A stretch of DNA of 64,000 nt from Balneolales bacterium (GCA_024711145.1 JANJTJ010000117.1:416-64415); one strand, 5' to 3'. Counted from the first letter of the stretch, positions 46,565 to 57,041 are shown. Notes: a model not told the origin generated them from the sequence alone. A program made the numbers and translations.

Positions 46565-47746
46565 TTACTGGCCGTCGGCCCAGCGGCGCATGGTGTTGTT
46601 TTCCAAGCCGCCGAGAGTGATCGAAACGGGCCGTACGCGGCCGTCGCGCCAGATTTCGAGGCGGACCACCTCACCGGGGCGGCGGATGGCCACACGGGCT
46701 TGGAGTTCGTTCGACTCGTTCACTTCCATGCCGTCCACCTTCAGGATGATGTCGCCCAGGCGGAGGCCGCCTTTGTCGGCGGCGCCGCCCCGCACCACAT
46801 TCACCACATCCACGCCTTGGATGGTGGTCATGCCGGCATCGCGGGCGCGGTCTTGCAGCACCGACACGATCTGGATGCCGAGATAGGCGCGGCGGACCTC
46901 CCCGTATTCGATCAGATCCCGGGCCACTTTCACCGCCAGGTTGATCGGCACGGCGAACCCGTAGCCTTGGTAGGAGCCGTTCTCGGTGGCGATGGCCGTA
47001 TTGATACCGATGAGTTCGCCTCGGGCGTTCACCAGAGCGCCGCCCGAATTGCCCCGGTTGATGGCCGCATCGGTCTGGATGAAGCTTTCGATGCGCATGC
47101 GGTCGTCGATGATGGCGACATCGCGGCCCAGGGCGCTCACGATGCCCGCGGTTACCGTGCTGCGCAACCGGAACGGATTGCCCACGGCAACCACCCAATC
47201 GCCGACGGTGACCAGGTCGGAGTTGCCGACCACCGCGCTGGGGAACGGGCCTCCGTCGATTTTGATCACGGCCAGATCCGTTGAGGGATCGGTACCGATC
47301 ACCCGGGCCGGAAACATGCGCTTGTCGGTCAGGGCAACGCTGAGCGTCCCGGATATGGCATCGGCTACCACATGGTTGTTGGTGAGGATGTGCCCGTCGG
47401 TGGTGATGAGCACGCCCGAGCCGATGGTGGTGGCGGTGCCGGGGTACAGGCGTTCCCAGAACGAAGGGTCGCGGTCGGATTCCAGATCCACGGGTACGGC
47501 ATCGGCTTCCGCTTCGATGTACACCACCGTGGGAGTGACCTGCATGGCCACCGATTTCATGTCCGTATAGGTCGCGGGGCCAACCGCAGTGCTTTCGGGC
47601 GCGGCCACACGGGTGATTTCGGTGATCGCGACGCGGGCGGGGTCCGGCAGGCGCACGCCGGCCCGCCAGACCAGCAACACCATACCCATAGCCATACCCA
47701 ACAGCAGGATCAGGATACCGGTCAATACATGTTGGCTGCGGGTCAT
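46565..47746 (-). CDS. HtrA/DegP-family serine protease with PDZ domain
   Basis: N-terminal TM, TNNHV (His), D.A..K (Asp), GNSGGALVN (Ser), and a C-terminal PDZ (GDIILKVDG). Confidence 0.9.
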   Translation of the reverse strand: MTRSQHVLTGILILLLGMAMGMVLLVWRAGVRLPDPARVAITEITRVAAPESTAVGPATYTDMKSVAMQVTPTVVYIEAEADAVPVDLESDRDPSFWERLYPGTATTIGSGVLITTDGHILTNNHVVADAISGTLSVALTDKRMFPARVIGTDPSTDLAVIKIDGGPFPSAVVGNSDLVTVGDWVVAVGNPFRLRSTVTAGIVSALGRDVAIIDDRMRIESFIQTDAAINRGNSGGALVNARGELIGINTAIATENGSYQGYGFAVPINLAVKVARDLIEYGEVRRAYLGIQIVSVLQDRARDAGMTTIQGVDVVNVVRGGAADKGGLRLGDIILKVDGMEVNESNELQARVAIRRPGEVVRLEIWRDGRVRPVSITLGGLENNTMRRWADGQ

Positions 47747-48462
47747 GGAGTCATCCAGAGGGAATCGGACCGGCGTTCGCGCCGGGTTCCGGTGTGGTGT
47801 TGAAGATATACATCCAAATGCCGCACGAGGCGCACGAGTTCCCCGTAGGGCATACCGGCTTTGAACAAGCGGGAACTGCGGCTGCCCAGGGCAACCACCA
47901 GGTACTCGCCCTGGGCCGGAGTGAGCAGGAAAGACAGGCCCATACCGCTTTCAGGGCCTACGCTCCCCCCTTCCACGTCCAGAAAACGGGGTTCGCCTTC
48001 CACCGACAGGCCGATGCCCAACAATGCGGCGATGCGGACCTGCAGGTAGGGGAACACATGGGCCGGCGAGAGGTCGTCGGCCGGTTGATGGAACCATCGG
48101 AAGACCTGTTCCAGGAACTCGTGGAACTCGGGGTCGCCTTCGCCCTCGCTCAGCAGGGGCTCCACCAGTTCGAGCAACGAGAGCGTGACCGCCAGCCGGG
48201 TCAGATCCTGCCGGATGCCCCAGGTGGGCGCCCGGAACGAGGCCTCCGAGAGCGTATGCACGTCCCGGCCCGCCTTGATGTGGACCACCACATCCAGCAC
48301 GTTGCCCGGCTCCATGAGGGCCGCCAGTTTCGATTTGGGATTGCGGCACCCGCGGGCCATCACCGACACTTTCCCGGCATCCCGTGTGGAAAGTGTTACG
48401 ATGCGGCTCGATTCCGAATAATCCACGCACCGCAGCACCACGGCCGGGGTGCTCAGGATCAT
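47743..48462 (-). CDS. recO: DNA repair protein RecO
   Basis: MILSTPAVVLRCVDYSESSRIVTLSTRDAGKVSVMARG is a typical RecO OB-fold N-terminus. ATG 48462 overlaps the upstream stop (ATGA). Confidence 0.85.
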   Translation of the reverse strand: MILSTPAVVLRCVDYSESSRIVTLSTRDAGKVSVMARGCRNPKSKLAALMEPGNVLDVVVHIKAGRDVHTLSEASFRAPTWGIRQDLTRLAVTLSLLELVEPLLSEGEGDPEFHEFLEQVFRWFHQPADDLSPAHVFPYLQVRIAALLGIGLSVEGEPRFLDVEGGSVGPESGMGLSFLLTPAQGEYLVVALGSRSSRLFKAGMPYGELVRLVRHLDVYLQHHTGTRRERRSDSLWMTP

Positions 48463-50981
48463 TTGCGGTCGAAGTGGATCCAGTCGCGGTCTTCCATGAA
48501 CTGGATGAGCGCGGGGAGGAAGGTCACGGCCGATACGAGGGTCATGCCGATCCCGATGGTGGCCGTAAGCCCGATGGAGAACAGCCCCGGGTGGTTGGTG
48601 AACAGCAAGCCCATGAACCCGAACATGGTGGTCACGGTACCGATGGTCACGTGCTGACCCGTACTCTTGAGCACGCTCCACATGCTTTTCGGGCCTTCTT
48701 CCAGATAGCGGGCGGCCAGATGCACCCCGTTGTCGGTACCGATACCGAGAATGGCCGGCAGTACCACCAGGTTGTAGAAGTTGAACTTGATGTCGAACAG
48801 GAGCATGATGCCGAACGCCCAGGACAGCCCGATGAGCAAAGGCAGCATGGAGATGACGGCCCAGCGCACCGACCGAAACGCCATGAGCACCAGAATGACG
48901 ATCATGATGAAGGTCCCTCCCACGAAGTAGGGGCTCTCCTCCTGCATGAGTTCCAGCATTTCGGCGGCGGCTATGGAAGTGGAGGCACTCCAGAAGCCTT
49001 CCCCATCGCTGGTGGTGATCTGCCCGATCTCGTTTTTGAAGGCCATGGAGTTGCGCCCGTCGGACAGGCCGACCGACGGATAGATCATCACGAACTTGCC
49101 GAGCTCGCCGTCGCGGGTCATGAACCGGCTTTTGATGAAATCGGGCAGTTGGTCGAGGCGGATGGGTTCGGTTACCGTGCTGGCCCGGCGCAGGATATCC
49201 AGGTTCTCATCCTGCCGGCCTTCCAGGAACGGATCGTCCAGTTGTTCCCTGATGATGGCGATGCGATCGAATTTGGCGGCTATGCCCTCCTCATCGGTGG
49301 TGAAGCGTTCCTGTAGGGCCTCCACATCCAGAATGGTGGAGGTGGTGTCGCGCTCGGCTTGGATTTCGCGGAGGCGGTCCAGGATCTCAAGCACCTGCCC
49401 GTCGGTATTGGCCATGATGTAGGCCGGGTTCCGACGGCTGGTCTGGTTCATGGCACCCACGAAATCTGTGTACTCGCGGTATTCGGGGAACTCGGGTTCC
49501 AACTTGCCGAAATCGTACTCGAAGCTGAGTTTACCCGAGAATGCGACCACCAGGATGGTGATGGCGATGCCACCGAAGGCGATGGTGCGGCTGAACGGGT
49601 ACCGATGCGGCGCCACGATCAGGGGTGCCGATTCCTCGTTCTCGTTCGAAAGGATCCAACCGTACCGTTCGGCCAGGGTGATCATCGACGGCATGACGAA
49701 GGTCATGCACAGCCAGGCGAAAATGATACCGATGGTGGAGATGAACCCGAATTCGCTGAAACCCCTGAAATCGGCGAATACGAGCACGAACAGGGATGCC
49801 GCCGTGGTGAGGGCGCTGGTCATGACGGCCGCGCCGGTGGAATCGTAGGTGGACATCAGCGCCGATTCCACATCCAACCCCGCGCTGCGTTTCTCCAGGT
49901 ATCGGGCGTAGAAATGGATGCCGTAGTCGATTCCCATGCCGAACAGGATCACGAACAGCACGGAGGTCATCGTGTTGAGCACTCCGAGATAGGCGTAGGT
50001 GATGCCGAAGGTGTAGCAAAGGCTCAGGAAGAGCGGAATGCCGATGAGGATGATGGAGACCGGTGCGCGCACGATATGCGACCAGAACCCTTTCGTTTTG
50101 GCGTGGGCCGCCCCGAGCCGGTAGTTCCAATATTTCTTGCCGAAGAAATAGAACATCACCAGGAGCAGGACCGAGCTGACCCCCGTGGCGAAACTGTTGA
50201 ACACGTCGCGCATGATGGAGTCGATCTCCAACAGGTGCTTTTTCAGCCGACCGCCGAAGCGCACTTCCATATCGGGATGGTAGGTGGCCGGTGCCATGGC
50301 GGTCACCAGCGAGTCGTAACTGGCGAACATGCGCCGAAGGAACGCCAGATCGCTTTTCGAGCCGGTGGGGAACAGCTTGATGACCAGGCGGGTGCTGTCC
50401 GCATTCACCGGGTATTCGCTGGGTACCAGGTCTTTGTAGGTCTGTTCGAAATCCTGGGCGGCGTCGGGAGCCTGGTCTTCCTCTTCGAACCCGAAGTCGT
50501 CCTCGAAATCGATGAAGAACGGGTTGGCCTCCAGCTTGGCGTCTTCTATGCGGGTATCGAGGTACTCGATGAGTTGGTCGAGCTCGTCGGGTGTGGCCAG
50601 GAAGAGGGCGTAATCCTTCAGGATTTCGGTGTCTTTCCTGAACTCGGCCCGGTTGAAGAAGGCCGCGCCGGAGACGGGGTCGTAGAGTTCGAGACTGCGG
50701 GCGATGAGGTCTTCGGCGAAGCGGCGGTTGGCCTCGAAATCGGGCGAACCGATGGCCACGTCCATTTCGGTCTCGCCACCGACGGTTTCGCGCAACTGGT
50801 TGAGCGCGAGCACGTGGGGATTGTCGGGCGGCAGCAGGTTGGCGATGTCGGTATCGATTTTCAACCGCAGCGCGAAGGATCCGGCCAGCAGACCCAGGGC
50901 GATGGCTGAGAAGAATACCAGATAGGGAGCGCGGTAGTTGACCCGTTGAAGGGGGCGCAGGAATTCGAGCAAGCGATGCAT
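48459..50981 (-). CDS. MMPL/RND-superfamily exporter (12-TM, two large periplasmic loops)
   Basis: About 840 aa with two repeated halves, each having a TM bundle containing FGMGIDYGIH / LGIGTDNGVH motifs. ATG 50981. Confidence 0.8.
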   Translation of the reverse strand: MHRLLEFLRPLQRVNYRAPYLVFFSAIALGLLAGSFALRLKIDTDIANLLPPDNPHVLALNQLRETVGGETEMDVAIGSPDFEANRRFAEDLIARSLELYDPVSGAAFFNRAEFRKDTEILKDYALFLATPDELDQLIEYLDTRIEDAKLEANPFFIDFEDDFGFEEEDQAPDAAQDFEQTYKDLVPSEYPVNADSTRLVIKLFPTGSKSDLAFLRRMFASYDSLVTAMAPATYHPDMEVRFGGRLKKHLLEIDSIMRDVFNSFATGVSSVLLLVMFYFFGKKYWNYRLGAAHAKTKGFWSHIVRAPVSIILIGIPLFLSLCYTFGITYAYLGVLNTMTSVLFVILFGMGIDYGIHFYARYLEKRSAGLDVESALMSTYDSTGAAVMTSALTTAASLFVLVFADFRGFSEFGFISTIGIIFAWLCMTFVMPSMITLAERYGWILSNENEESAPLIVAPHRYPFSRTIAFGGIAITILVVAFSGKLSFEYDFGKLEPEFPEYREYTDFVGAMNQTSRRNPAYIMANTDGQVLEILDRLREIQAERDTTSTILDVEALQERFTTDEEGIAAKFDRIAIIREQLDDPFLEGRQDENLDILRRASTVTEPIRLDQLPDFIKSRFMTRDGELGKFVMIYPSVGLSDGRNSMAFKNEIGQITTSDGEGFWSASTSIAAAEMLELMQEESPYFVGGTFIMIVILVLMAFRSVRWAVISMLPLLIGLSWAFGIMLLFDIKFNFYNLVVLPAILGIGTDNGVHLAARYLEEGPKSMWSVLKSTGQHVTIGTVTTMFGFMGLLFTNHPGLFSIGLTATIGIGMTLVSAVTFLPALIQFMEDRDWIHFDRK

Positions 50982-50994
50982 GGTACCCGTCGGG

Positions 50995-51690
50995 TTATTG
51001 GGCTCGTTTGAGCAGGAAACGTCCGTAATCGGCTTTGGCGGAGGATCGGGTGTCGTCCGCATCGCTCAGGATGAGGATGGCGACGGGCCTTTCGGGCACC
51101 CGACCCCGGAAGAACCGGTTGTAATCCTCGACGATGTTGCGTTCGAAGGTGATCCAGCGGCCGGCTTTGTCGGTACCGGATTCCATGACCACCACATGTT
51201 GCATGCCGGAATTGCGCGAGCCCGTACGGCCCACCGGTTGCGTGCTCGACCAGGTGTAGCGTACCACCTTGGGCACACGCAGCAGGTTGAACCCCCAAAC
51301 CACATAGACGCTGGCGGCCACGTCGTTCCGGGCGTCGGCGAATTCGTTGGCGCCATCGGGAACCGCATGGATGCGCCAATCCCAACTCAGGATGGGAGTT
51401 TCACGGATGTTGATGGATTCGTCCTTGCCGATCTGCAAGGTGAGGTGCTTGGCCTGGGACCCATCGTACCGCAGGAATTTGCGCGAGCCTTCCTGCATGA
51501 TGCGGTAATGGTAGGTATCGCGCAGGGCCTGGTCGTAGGTCTGCGGGCGCTGGTTGCCGTCGCGGTTGTACCAATTCCGGGGAAGATCGCCGACGGTGTC
51601 GCCCGCGAAATCCTCCAGCACGTAGGTACCGGTGCTGGGTGGAGCGGCAGCCGTGAGCAACAAGAGGAGAACGACGGAAACAACGCGCAT
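50995..51690 (-). CDS. DUF3047-like secreted protein
   Basis: Signal MRVVSVVLLLLLTAAAP. LSWDWRI...ARNDVAASVYVVW...VRYTWSS...ILSDADDT resembles the DUF3047 pattern from memory. ATG 51690; the 596-aa track ORF is N-extended. Confidence 0.55.
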   Translation of the reverse strand: MRVVSVVLLLLLTAAAPPSTGTYVLEDFAGDTVGDLPRNWYNRDGNQRPQTYDQALRDTYHYRIMQEGSRKFLRYDGSQAKHLTLQIGKDESINIRETPILSWDWRIHAVPDGANEFADARNDVAASVYVVWGFNLLRVPKVVRYTWSSTQPVGRTGSRNSGMQHVVVMESGTDKAGRWITFERNIVEDYNRFFRGRVPERPVAILILSDADDTRSSAKADYGRFLLKRAQ

Positions 51691-51740
51691 AATGGAGCAA
51701 ATTACGGGCTTAACGCACCCCTTCCAAGCGTATTGCCCCC

Positions 51741-53270
51741 TCATGCCCTTCCGAAGAGGAACCGGAGCCGGAGCCAGTCGGCCAATGCGCGGCGGTCGGC
51801 CGCCGTCACGATGCCGGTCAGGCTGCCGATGAGTACGAAAATGCCCAGATAGATGCCGGCGCCCAGCACCAAGGCCGGCAGGTCGGCGATGGGCAGTAGG
51901 TATTTCACGATGGCCCAGGCTCCGGCTGCCGTGGCGGCCGAAACGCCTACCACACGCAGGTAGAACGGAAACGGCAGCACCCGGTACCAGGGCAGGCGCA
52001 TGTGGGTGCCTATGAGATGCAGATACATGCCCCAGTTGATGAAATTGGCTACCACGGCGGCTGTAGCCGTACCCACGTAGCCGAACATCCAGGTCATGGG
52101 TATGCTCAACCCCACGTTCCAGACCAGGAGGTTCACGCTCATGCGCATGATGCCTCTCGTGTCGCCGAAGGCCTGAAGCATGGACCCGTAGTGGGTTACC
52201 CGCACCAGCACGATGCAGGTGTACAACCGGAAGGGTACCACGGCCGGCCGGTATTCGGGACCGAACAGGAGCACGACGAATTCCTCGGCCATGGCGATGA
52301 ACAGGAACGCCAGCGGCACTACGATCAGAGAGACTTTTTCGACGCCCTTGTACCAGAGATCGAGCAACTCCTGGCGTTTGTCCTCCAGTTGCATCTGCAC
52401 GAACCGGGAGATGAGCACCGAACCCACGGCGAAGGGGATCACCCGCACGATGGGCAGTTCCTGGGCACCCACGTTGTATTGGGCCAATGCCGCCTCGCTC
52501 AGGAACCAGGCTACGATGTATTTGTCGGCGTATTTGTTGAGACGACCCACCAACGACGACAGCCCGATGGGTATGGAGAATCGGGCCTGTTCCCGCAACA
52601 GGGCGCGGTCCATCCGCAGGGGGCCGTCGGGAGGCAGCACCCTCCACATCCACAAGGCCGACACCAGAAACCGGACGGCCGAGTACCCCAGCAAGGACCA
52701 GATGGCGGTATCCAATTCGTATCCCAGACTCAACGGTACCACCATGGCGGCGAAGGTGAGGGCACCATTCATGAGTTGGTACCACCCGGCTTCGCGCTGC
52801 CGGTCGGAGGCCAGCATGAGGTTCTGAACCGGCCAGGTGGGTATCTCGAGCAGGGCGATTGCCGCCATGACCGGTAGCAGGGTCTTGGCCTTGGCTACGC
52901 TATCGGGATTCCATTCGCTCAGGAAGCCATCCATGATGCCATAGAAACCGAGCATGGCCACACCCGACAAAGCCGCCGTAGCACCCATGATGGCCACGGT
53001 CTGGTAGGCGAAGGCCGTGCGTGCACGCCCTTTCAGCCGTTCTAAAAAATAGAATACGCTTTCCGGAAAGCCCAAGGTGGCCAAGTACTTGGCCGTTTCG
53101 TACACGGTGAGCAACAGACTCACGATGGCCCAATCGGTGGTGGTGAGTAGGCGGACCAGGAGCACGGCCGTCAGCAGTTCCACCATGCTGGTGAGCATGC
53201 GTGCGAACACCACGACTCCGGTTTTTTCCGCCAACGAATCTTTGGGCGCCATAAGCCCCAAAACTACCAT
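51741..53270 (-). CDS. polysaccharide/oligosaccharide flippase (MOP/Wzx-like)
   Basis: About 500 aa with 12-14 TM segments and an overall Wzx/polysaccharide-biosynthesis-protein architecture. Confidence 0.7.
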   Translation of the reverse strand: MVVLGLMAPKDSLAEKTGVVVFARMLTSMVELLTAVLLVRLLTTTDWAIVSLLLTVYETAKYLATLGFPESVFYFLERLKGRARTAFAYQTVAIMGATAALSGVAMLGFYGIMDGFLSEWNPDSVAKAKTLLPVMAAIALLEIPTWPVQNLMLASDRQREAGWYQLMNGALTFAAMVVPLSLGYELDTAIWSLLGYSAVRFLVSALWMWRVLPPDGPLRMDRALLREQARFSIPIGLSSLVGRLNKYADKYIVAWFLSEAALAQYNVGAQELPIVRVIPFAVGSVLISRFVQMQLEDKRQELLDLWYKGVEKVSLIVVPLAFLFIAMAEEFVVLLFGPEYRPAVVPFRLYTCIVLVRVTHYGSMLQAFGDTRGIMRMSVNLLVWNVGLSIPMTWMFGYVGTATAAVVANFINWGMYLHLIGTHMRLPWYRVLPFPFYLRVVGVSAATAAGAWAIVKYLLPIADLPALVLGAGIYLGIFVLIGSLTGIVTAADRRALADWLRLRFLFGRA

Positions 53271-53285
53271 TATTATTCAGGCCTC

Positions 53286-54104
53286 ATGCGCACCTACTTC
53301 GAAAGCATCCGCATCCGTTACGCGGACCATCCCTACTTCCTGTATCCCTACCTCCTGCTCATTCCCGCGGCGGTATTCCTGCCGTTCGTCTGGGTATTCA
53401 TGATGGGATTGCTCCTGGTCCTGGCCACCCTGTGGCATCTGCACAATCTGCGGCGCGACGACCAACAGCACCATCAGCAGCAGATCCAGGCGCTCATCGG
53501 CATGCACCAGCGGCATGCCTTCCGCGAGCCCCTGCCCCTGTTGGGCGGATTCACCGCCGACCCGGTCTTCCTGGTGCGTGTGGAGATGCTCATGCGGGCC
53601 AAACGGCCGGCCTCTGTGGTCGAATTCGGCGCCGGAGTATCCACCGTATTCTGGCCCTACGTGTTGCGGGAATGGGGCGGTGCCTTGCGCGCATTCGACC
53701 ACGAGGAAGTGTATGGCTCCATCACCCGCGGCCGGCTGGCCCAGCACGGATGGCCGGCCGACCTGCTGCGCATCGCGCCGCTGGGTGCGGTGCAGGTGCA
53801 TGGCCAAACCCGGAAATGGTATGCCATTTCGCCCGGCGACCTCCCCGACCGGATCGATTTCCTCATCGTGGACGGACCGCCCGAACAATCGACCCCCTTG
53901 GCCCGGTATCCGGCACTGCCCGTTCTGCGCGATCGCCTGGCGCCGGGCGCCGTCATCATCCTGGACGACGCCGACCGGCCCGACGAACGGGCCATGGTGC
54001 GGCTGTGGCTGAAGGAATTCCCCGGCTCCACGGTCCGTTACGAACCCGGCGCCAAGGGCTTCGCGGTGTTCACCTTGGCCCAGACCCGCTCGGAGAAGGC
54101 ATAA
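53286..54104 (+). CDS. class I SAM-dependent methyltransferase (membrane-anchored)
   Basis: Two N-terminal TM segments, SAM motif I VVEFGAGVST, and DFLIVDGPP post-I region. Confidence 0.6.
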   Translation: MRTYFESIRIRYADHPYFLYPYLLLIPAAVFLPFVWVFMMGLLLVLATLWHLHNLRRDDQQHHQQQIQALIGMHQRHAFREPLPLLGGFTADPVFLVRVEMLMRAKRPASVVEFGAGVSTVFWPYVLREWGGALRAFDHEEVYGSITRGRLAQHGWPADLLRIAPLGAVQVHGQTRKWYAISPGDLPDRIDFLIVDGPPEQSTPLARYPALPVLRDRLAPGAVIILDDADRPDERAMVRLWLKEFPGSTVRYEPGAKGFAVFTLAQTRSEKA

Positions 54105-55015
54105 AACGGTTGCTTCTGATGAAGCCATCCGAAATGCAGCACATAGGGGGTCACCCGCATGGAATCGCCCACACCCGGGAACAGGCGTAGGAAACCGATC
54201 AGGAACCGGCGGATTCCGTCGTGCTTGAGGCCTCTGAGCGAAAAGACGAAGGGGTCGCAATAGTAGGTGCACACTACCCGCTCGAATTCGGGATCGTATT
54301 CCGTCAGATCCTGAATGAAATCCAACTGCGGCGACTCCTGCCCGTGGTGCCAGGGATGGACCGGCACATCCAGCTTGGACATGGCCATGGCCAGACTCCA
54401 TTCGCAGGATTCCTCCGTGCGGCCCGATTCCATGGTCCGGCTCTGGAAATGGGTATCGCACTTGCGGGCGAGCATGTCGCCGGCGGTTGCGCATACCTCA
54501 CGCGTAAGTGCGGCATCCGCGGCATACATCATGCCGGATTGCACCCGGCTCAGATAGGTAAGCCCGAACCGCCGCAAGGTGCGCGCACGCCTCCCCAGCA
54601 GGATGTCCCGCAGGACACCGAACCCTTTGGGCCCGCCGAAAAAGCTGTCGGCCGTCACTTGTCCGGTTATCGTGAACGGATAAGCCGACAAGGCCTTCCA
54701 CAAATTGTCCGGGTTCCGGCACCAGACCATGTCCACATCCAGGAACAAGGTGCGGTCGAACACCATGTAGGCATCCACATGATGTTTGAACCCGACGATG
54801 GAGCGGTGTTCCGCGGCGATGGGAACGATGCGGTCGAACAGGCGGATGCCCAGGCGGTCCAGTTCGGCCGCATGATGCGGCTCGCAGACCAGCGCGATGG
54901 GGCGTGTCCGATCATGCCGGCGCAAGGTGGTGGCCGAAGCCACCGCATGGCGCAGGTATTTCAGATCACCATAAACCGGATAGACGTAGCCTTCGATGGG
55001 TGCTTTCGGAACCAT
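54038..55015 (-). CDS. hypothetical protein, possible GT-A fold glycosyltransferase
   Basis: 325-aa ORF with coding-like composition and a DxD-like LFLDVDMVW motif. No family recognised confidently. Confidence 0.35.
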   Translation of the reverse strand: MVPKAPIEGYVYPVYGDLKYLRHAVASATTLRRHDRTRPIALVCEPHHAAELDRLGIRLFDRIVPIAAEHRSIVGFKHHVDAYMVFDRTLFLDVDMVWCRNPDNLWKALSAYPFTITGQVTADSFFGGPKGFGVLRDILLGRRARTLRRFGLTYLSRVQSGMMYAADAALTREVCATAGDMLARKCDTHFQSRTMESGRTEESCEWSLAMAMSKLDVPVHPWHHGQESPQLDFIQDLTEYDPEFERVVCTYYCDPFVFSLRGLKHDGIRRFLIGFLRLFPGVGDSMRVTPYVLHFGWLHQKQPFYAFSERVWAKVNTAKPLAPGS

Positions 55016-55047
55016 AGTGTGACGATGGCCCCGAAAGTACGAAGGAA

Positions 55048-55641
55048 TCAGTTAGCTGCGCGGCGGCGGAGGCTTTGCAGCAAGGCGTCGAAACCGCGAC
55101 GGCGGATCACGTTCTGGAAAGACCGCTGATAGGATTGCGCTGTGGACACGTTGTCGATGGCCATGTCGGTAATCACCCATTCATTGCCCCGTTTCGCCAT
55201 CTGATAGCTCACCGGCGTGCGCACATTGTCCAGGATGGCCGTGGTTTCGACCGTCGCCGTGCGTCCGTCCGTCGTGATCTTGTCGTAGATCACCCGGGCG
55301 CGGTATATGTCGAGCTTGTTGAGCGATTGGTCGCGGATCACGGTGGCGAACAGTTCGTTGAACTCGGTGCGCTGGGCTTCGGTGATGGTGTCGTAATGCC
55401 CCTGCAAGGCGATGCGGCCCATGGCCGAGTAGTCGATGATGCCGTTGATGATGTCTTTCATCTGATCGCGTTGGGCCTCGGTATGGCGGGTGCCCTCGGG
55501 CCCCACCAGGGCCTTGATCTGGCGGTCGCGCCGCTCCATCATCTGCCGGATGGTGCGCTCGGCGGCGGCATCCTGTTGGGCGGCAACCAGTGTGGGAATC
55601 GCCAACAGGGCGATCAATGCGGATATGAGGTAGGGTTTCAT
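55048..55641 (-). CDS. MlaC/Ttg2D-family periplasmic lipid-binding protein
   Basis: Signal [53 protein letters not shown]..... is the typical Tol-tolerance/MlaC pattern. ATG 55641 overlaps the TolC stop (ATGA). Confidence 0.7.
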   Translation of the reverse strand: MKPYLISALIALLAIPTLVAAQQDAAAERTIRQMMERRDRQIKALVGPEGTRHTEAQRDQMKDIINGIIDYSAMGRIALQGHYDTITEAQRTEFNELFATVIRDQSLNKLDIYRARVIYDKITTDGRTATVETTAILDNVRTPVSYQMAKRGNEWVITDMAIDNVSTAQSYQRSFQNVIRRRGFDALLQSLRRRAAN

Positions 55642-57041
55642 TCGGTTTGCAACCATTCGGTTAAGGGTATTCCGGCAGCCTGGTGCAAGCGCGCCATGGC
55701 GATATTGAGTTCGTAGGTCCGTTGTTTGAGCTGCACCTGCAACTCCAGATTCTTGCGCACGGCTGTAACCAGGTCTTTCACTTCGCCCAACATCAGATCG
55801 TAATTGATCTGTTCCTGGCGCAGCCACTCGGTGCTCACCGTCACCATTTCGCGGGTTTCGCGGTAGCGGCTCGCGGCTATCACGACCGCACGGTACCGGT
55901 CCATGAGTTCCAACCGGGCCTGGTCGTAGGCGGCGTCGCGGGCCATGCGGGCCTGGTTCACCTGCAACCGCGCCCGATCCACACTGTTGCGCATCAGTCC
56001 GAAACTCAGGTTCTGCCGGATACCGATCCCATATCGGATGCTGCGGTAGTTGGCCACATTCTGGATGAAGGGGTTGGCCTGGCGCGGGCGGTTCGGCGTA
56101 ACCGATATGGCCCCTCCGAATCCGAACAGGACGGCCGGATACATGGAGGCCTGGGTGGCGGCAAGGCCATGGTCGGCCGCCGAGTTCACAGCATCCATTT
56201 TGCGCAGGTCGGGGCGGGCGGCCAACATCCGCCGCTCATATTCCGGATAGGGCAAGGCCAGGGTGTCGATGGGGTCCAAAAAGACGGAGGTTGGCCAGTA
56301 CCGGATCTGTGCCGGATTCCCGTTGGCGACCGCCAGATTCCAGGCCGATTCCACAAAGCGCTGGTTCTCATCCAGTTCGGTAACCTGGGCATTGAATTCG
56401 TACTTGAACAGACGGAATTCATACAGGTCGGCCTCGCTCAGGTCCTGCTCCCCTTCCTCCAGGATCTTCTCGAGTTCGGTTTCGGCTTTGTCCAACTGGC
56501 GGCGGGTCTCCTCGACCAAGGCGCCGAGTTCCAACCCCAGCTGACGCGACTGGTACAATTCGAACAGGCGCAGTTCCAACCGGCCCATTTCCGTCTCGTG
56601 GTCGAAACGGGCCACATGCGTACCGGCTTTGGCGGCCTGTATGGCGTTGCTCAGGGCGCCCCAGGTATAGACCGGCTGGAACGCGGTGATCTCGGCCCGG
56701 TTGAACACGCCCCAATCGGCCCAGTCGTTGCGGAGCGTGGGGTCCAGGTAGAGGGCGTCCTGCCCGTAATAGGGATGCACGTCGGACGTGCGCTTCACCC
56801 CGGGCACCAGTCCATGTTGGGTGGTGAGCTCGGCCCTGGGCACGATGCGCTGCAGCCGGGCGTCCCGGTAGCGGTTCTCGGCCAGGTCGATGCGGCTACG
56901 GCTCAATTCGGACAACCCCGAGCGTTCCATGCCCAACCGCAGGAAATCGGGAGCCGACACGCGGATGGTGTCTTGGGCCGAGGCGGTTCCGATGGCGAGC
57001 GGAACACTGAGGAAACCGGTAAGGAGGAGACGCTTGATCAT
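55638..57041 (-). CDS. TolC-family outer membrane efflux protein
   Basis: Signal peptide and two OEP repeat halves with coiled-coil heptads, about 467 aa. Confidence 0.85.
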   Translation of the reverse strand: MIKRLLLTGFLSVPLAIGTASAQDTIRVSAPDFLRLGMERSGLSELSRSRIDLAENRYRDARLQRIVPRAELTTQHGLVPGVKRTSDVHPYYGQDALYLDPTLRNDWADWGVFNRAEITAFQPVYTWGALSNAIQAAKAGTHVARFDHETEMGRLELRLFELYQSRQLGLELGALVEETRRQLDKAETELEKILEEGEQDLSEADLYEFRLFKYEFNAQVTELDENQRFVESAWNLAVANGNPAQIRYWPTSVFLDPIDTLALPYPEYERRMLAARPDLRKMDAVNSAADHGLAATQASMYPAVLFGFGGAISVTPNRPRQANPFIQNVANYRSIRYGIGIRQNLSFGLMRNSVDRARLQVNQARMARDAAYDQARLELMDRYRAVVIAASRYRETREMVTVSTEWLRQEQINYDLMLGEVKDLVTAVRKNLELQVQLKQRTYELNIAMARLHQAAGIPLTEWLQTE

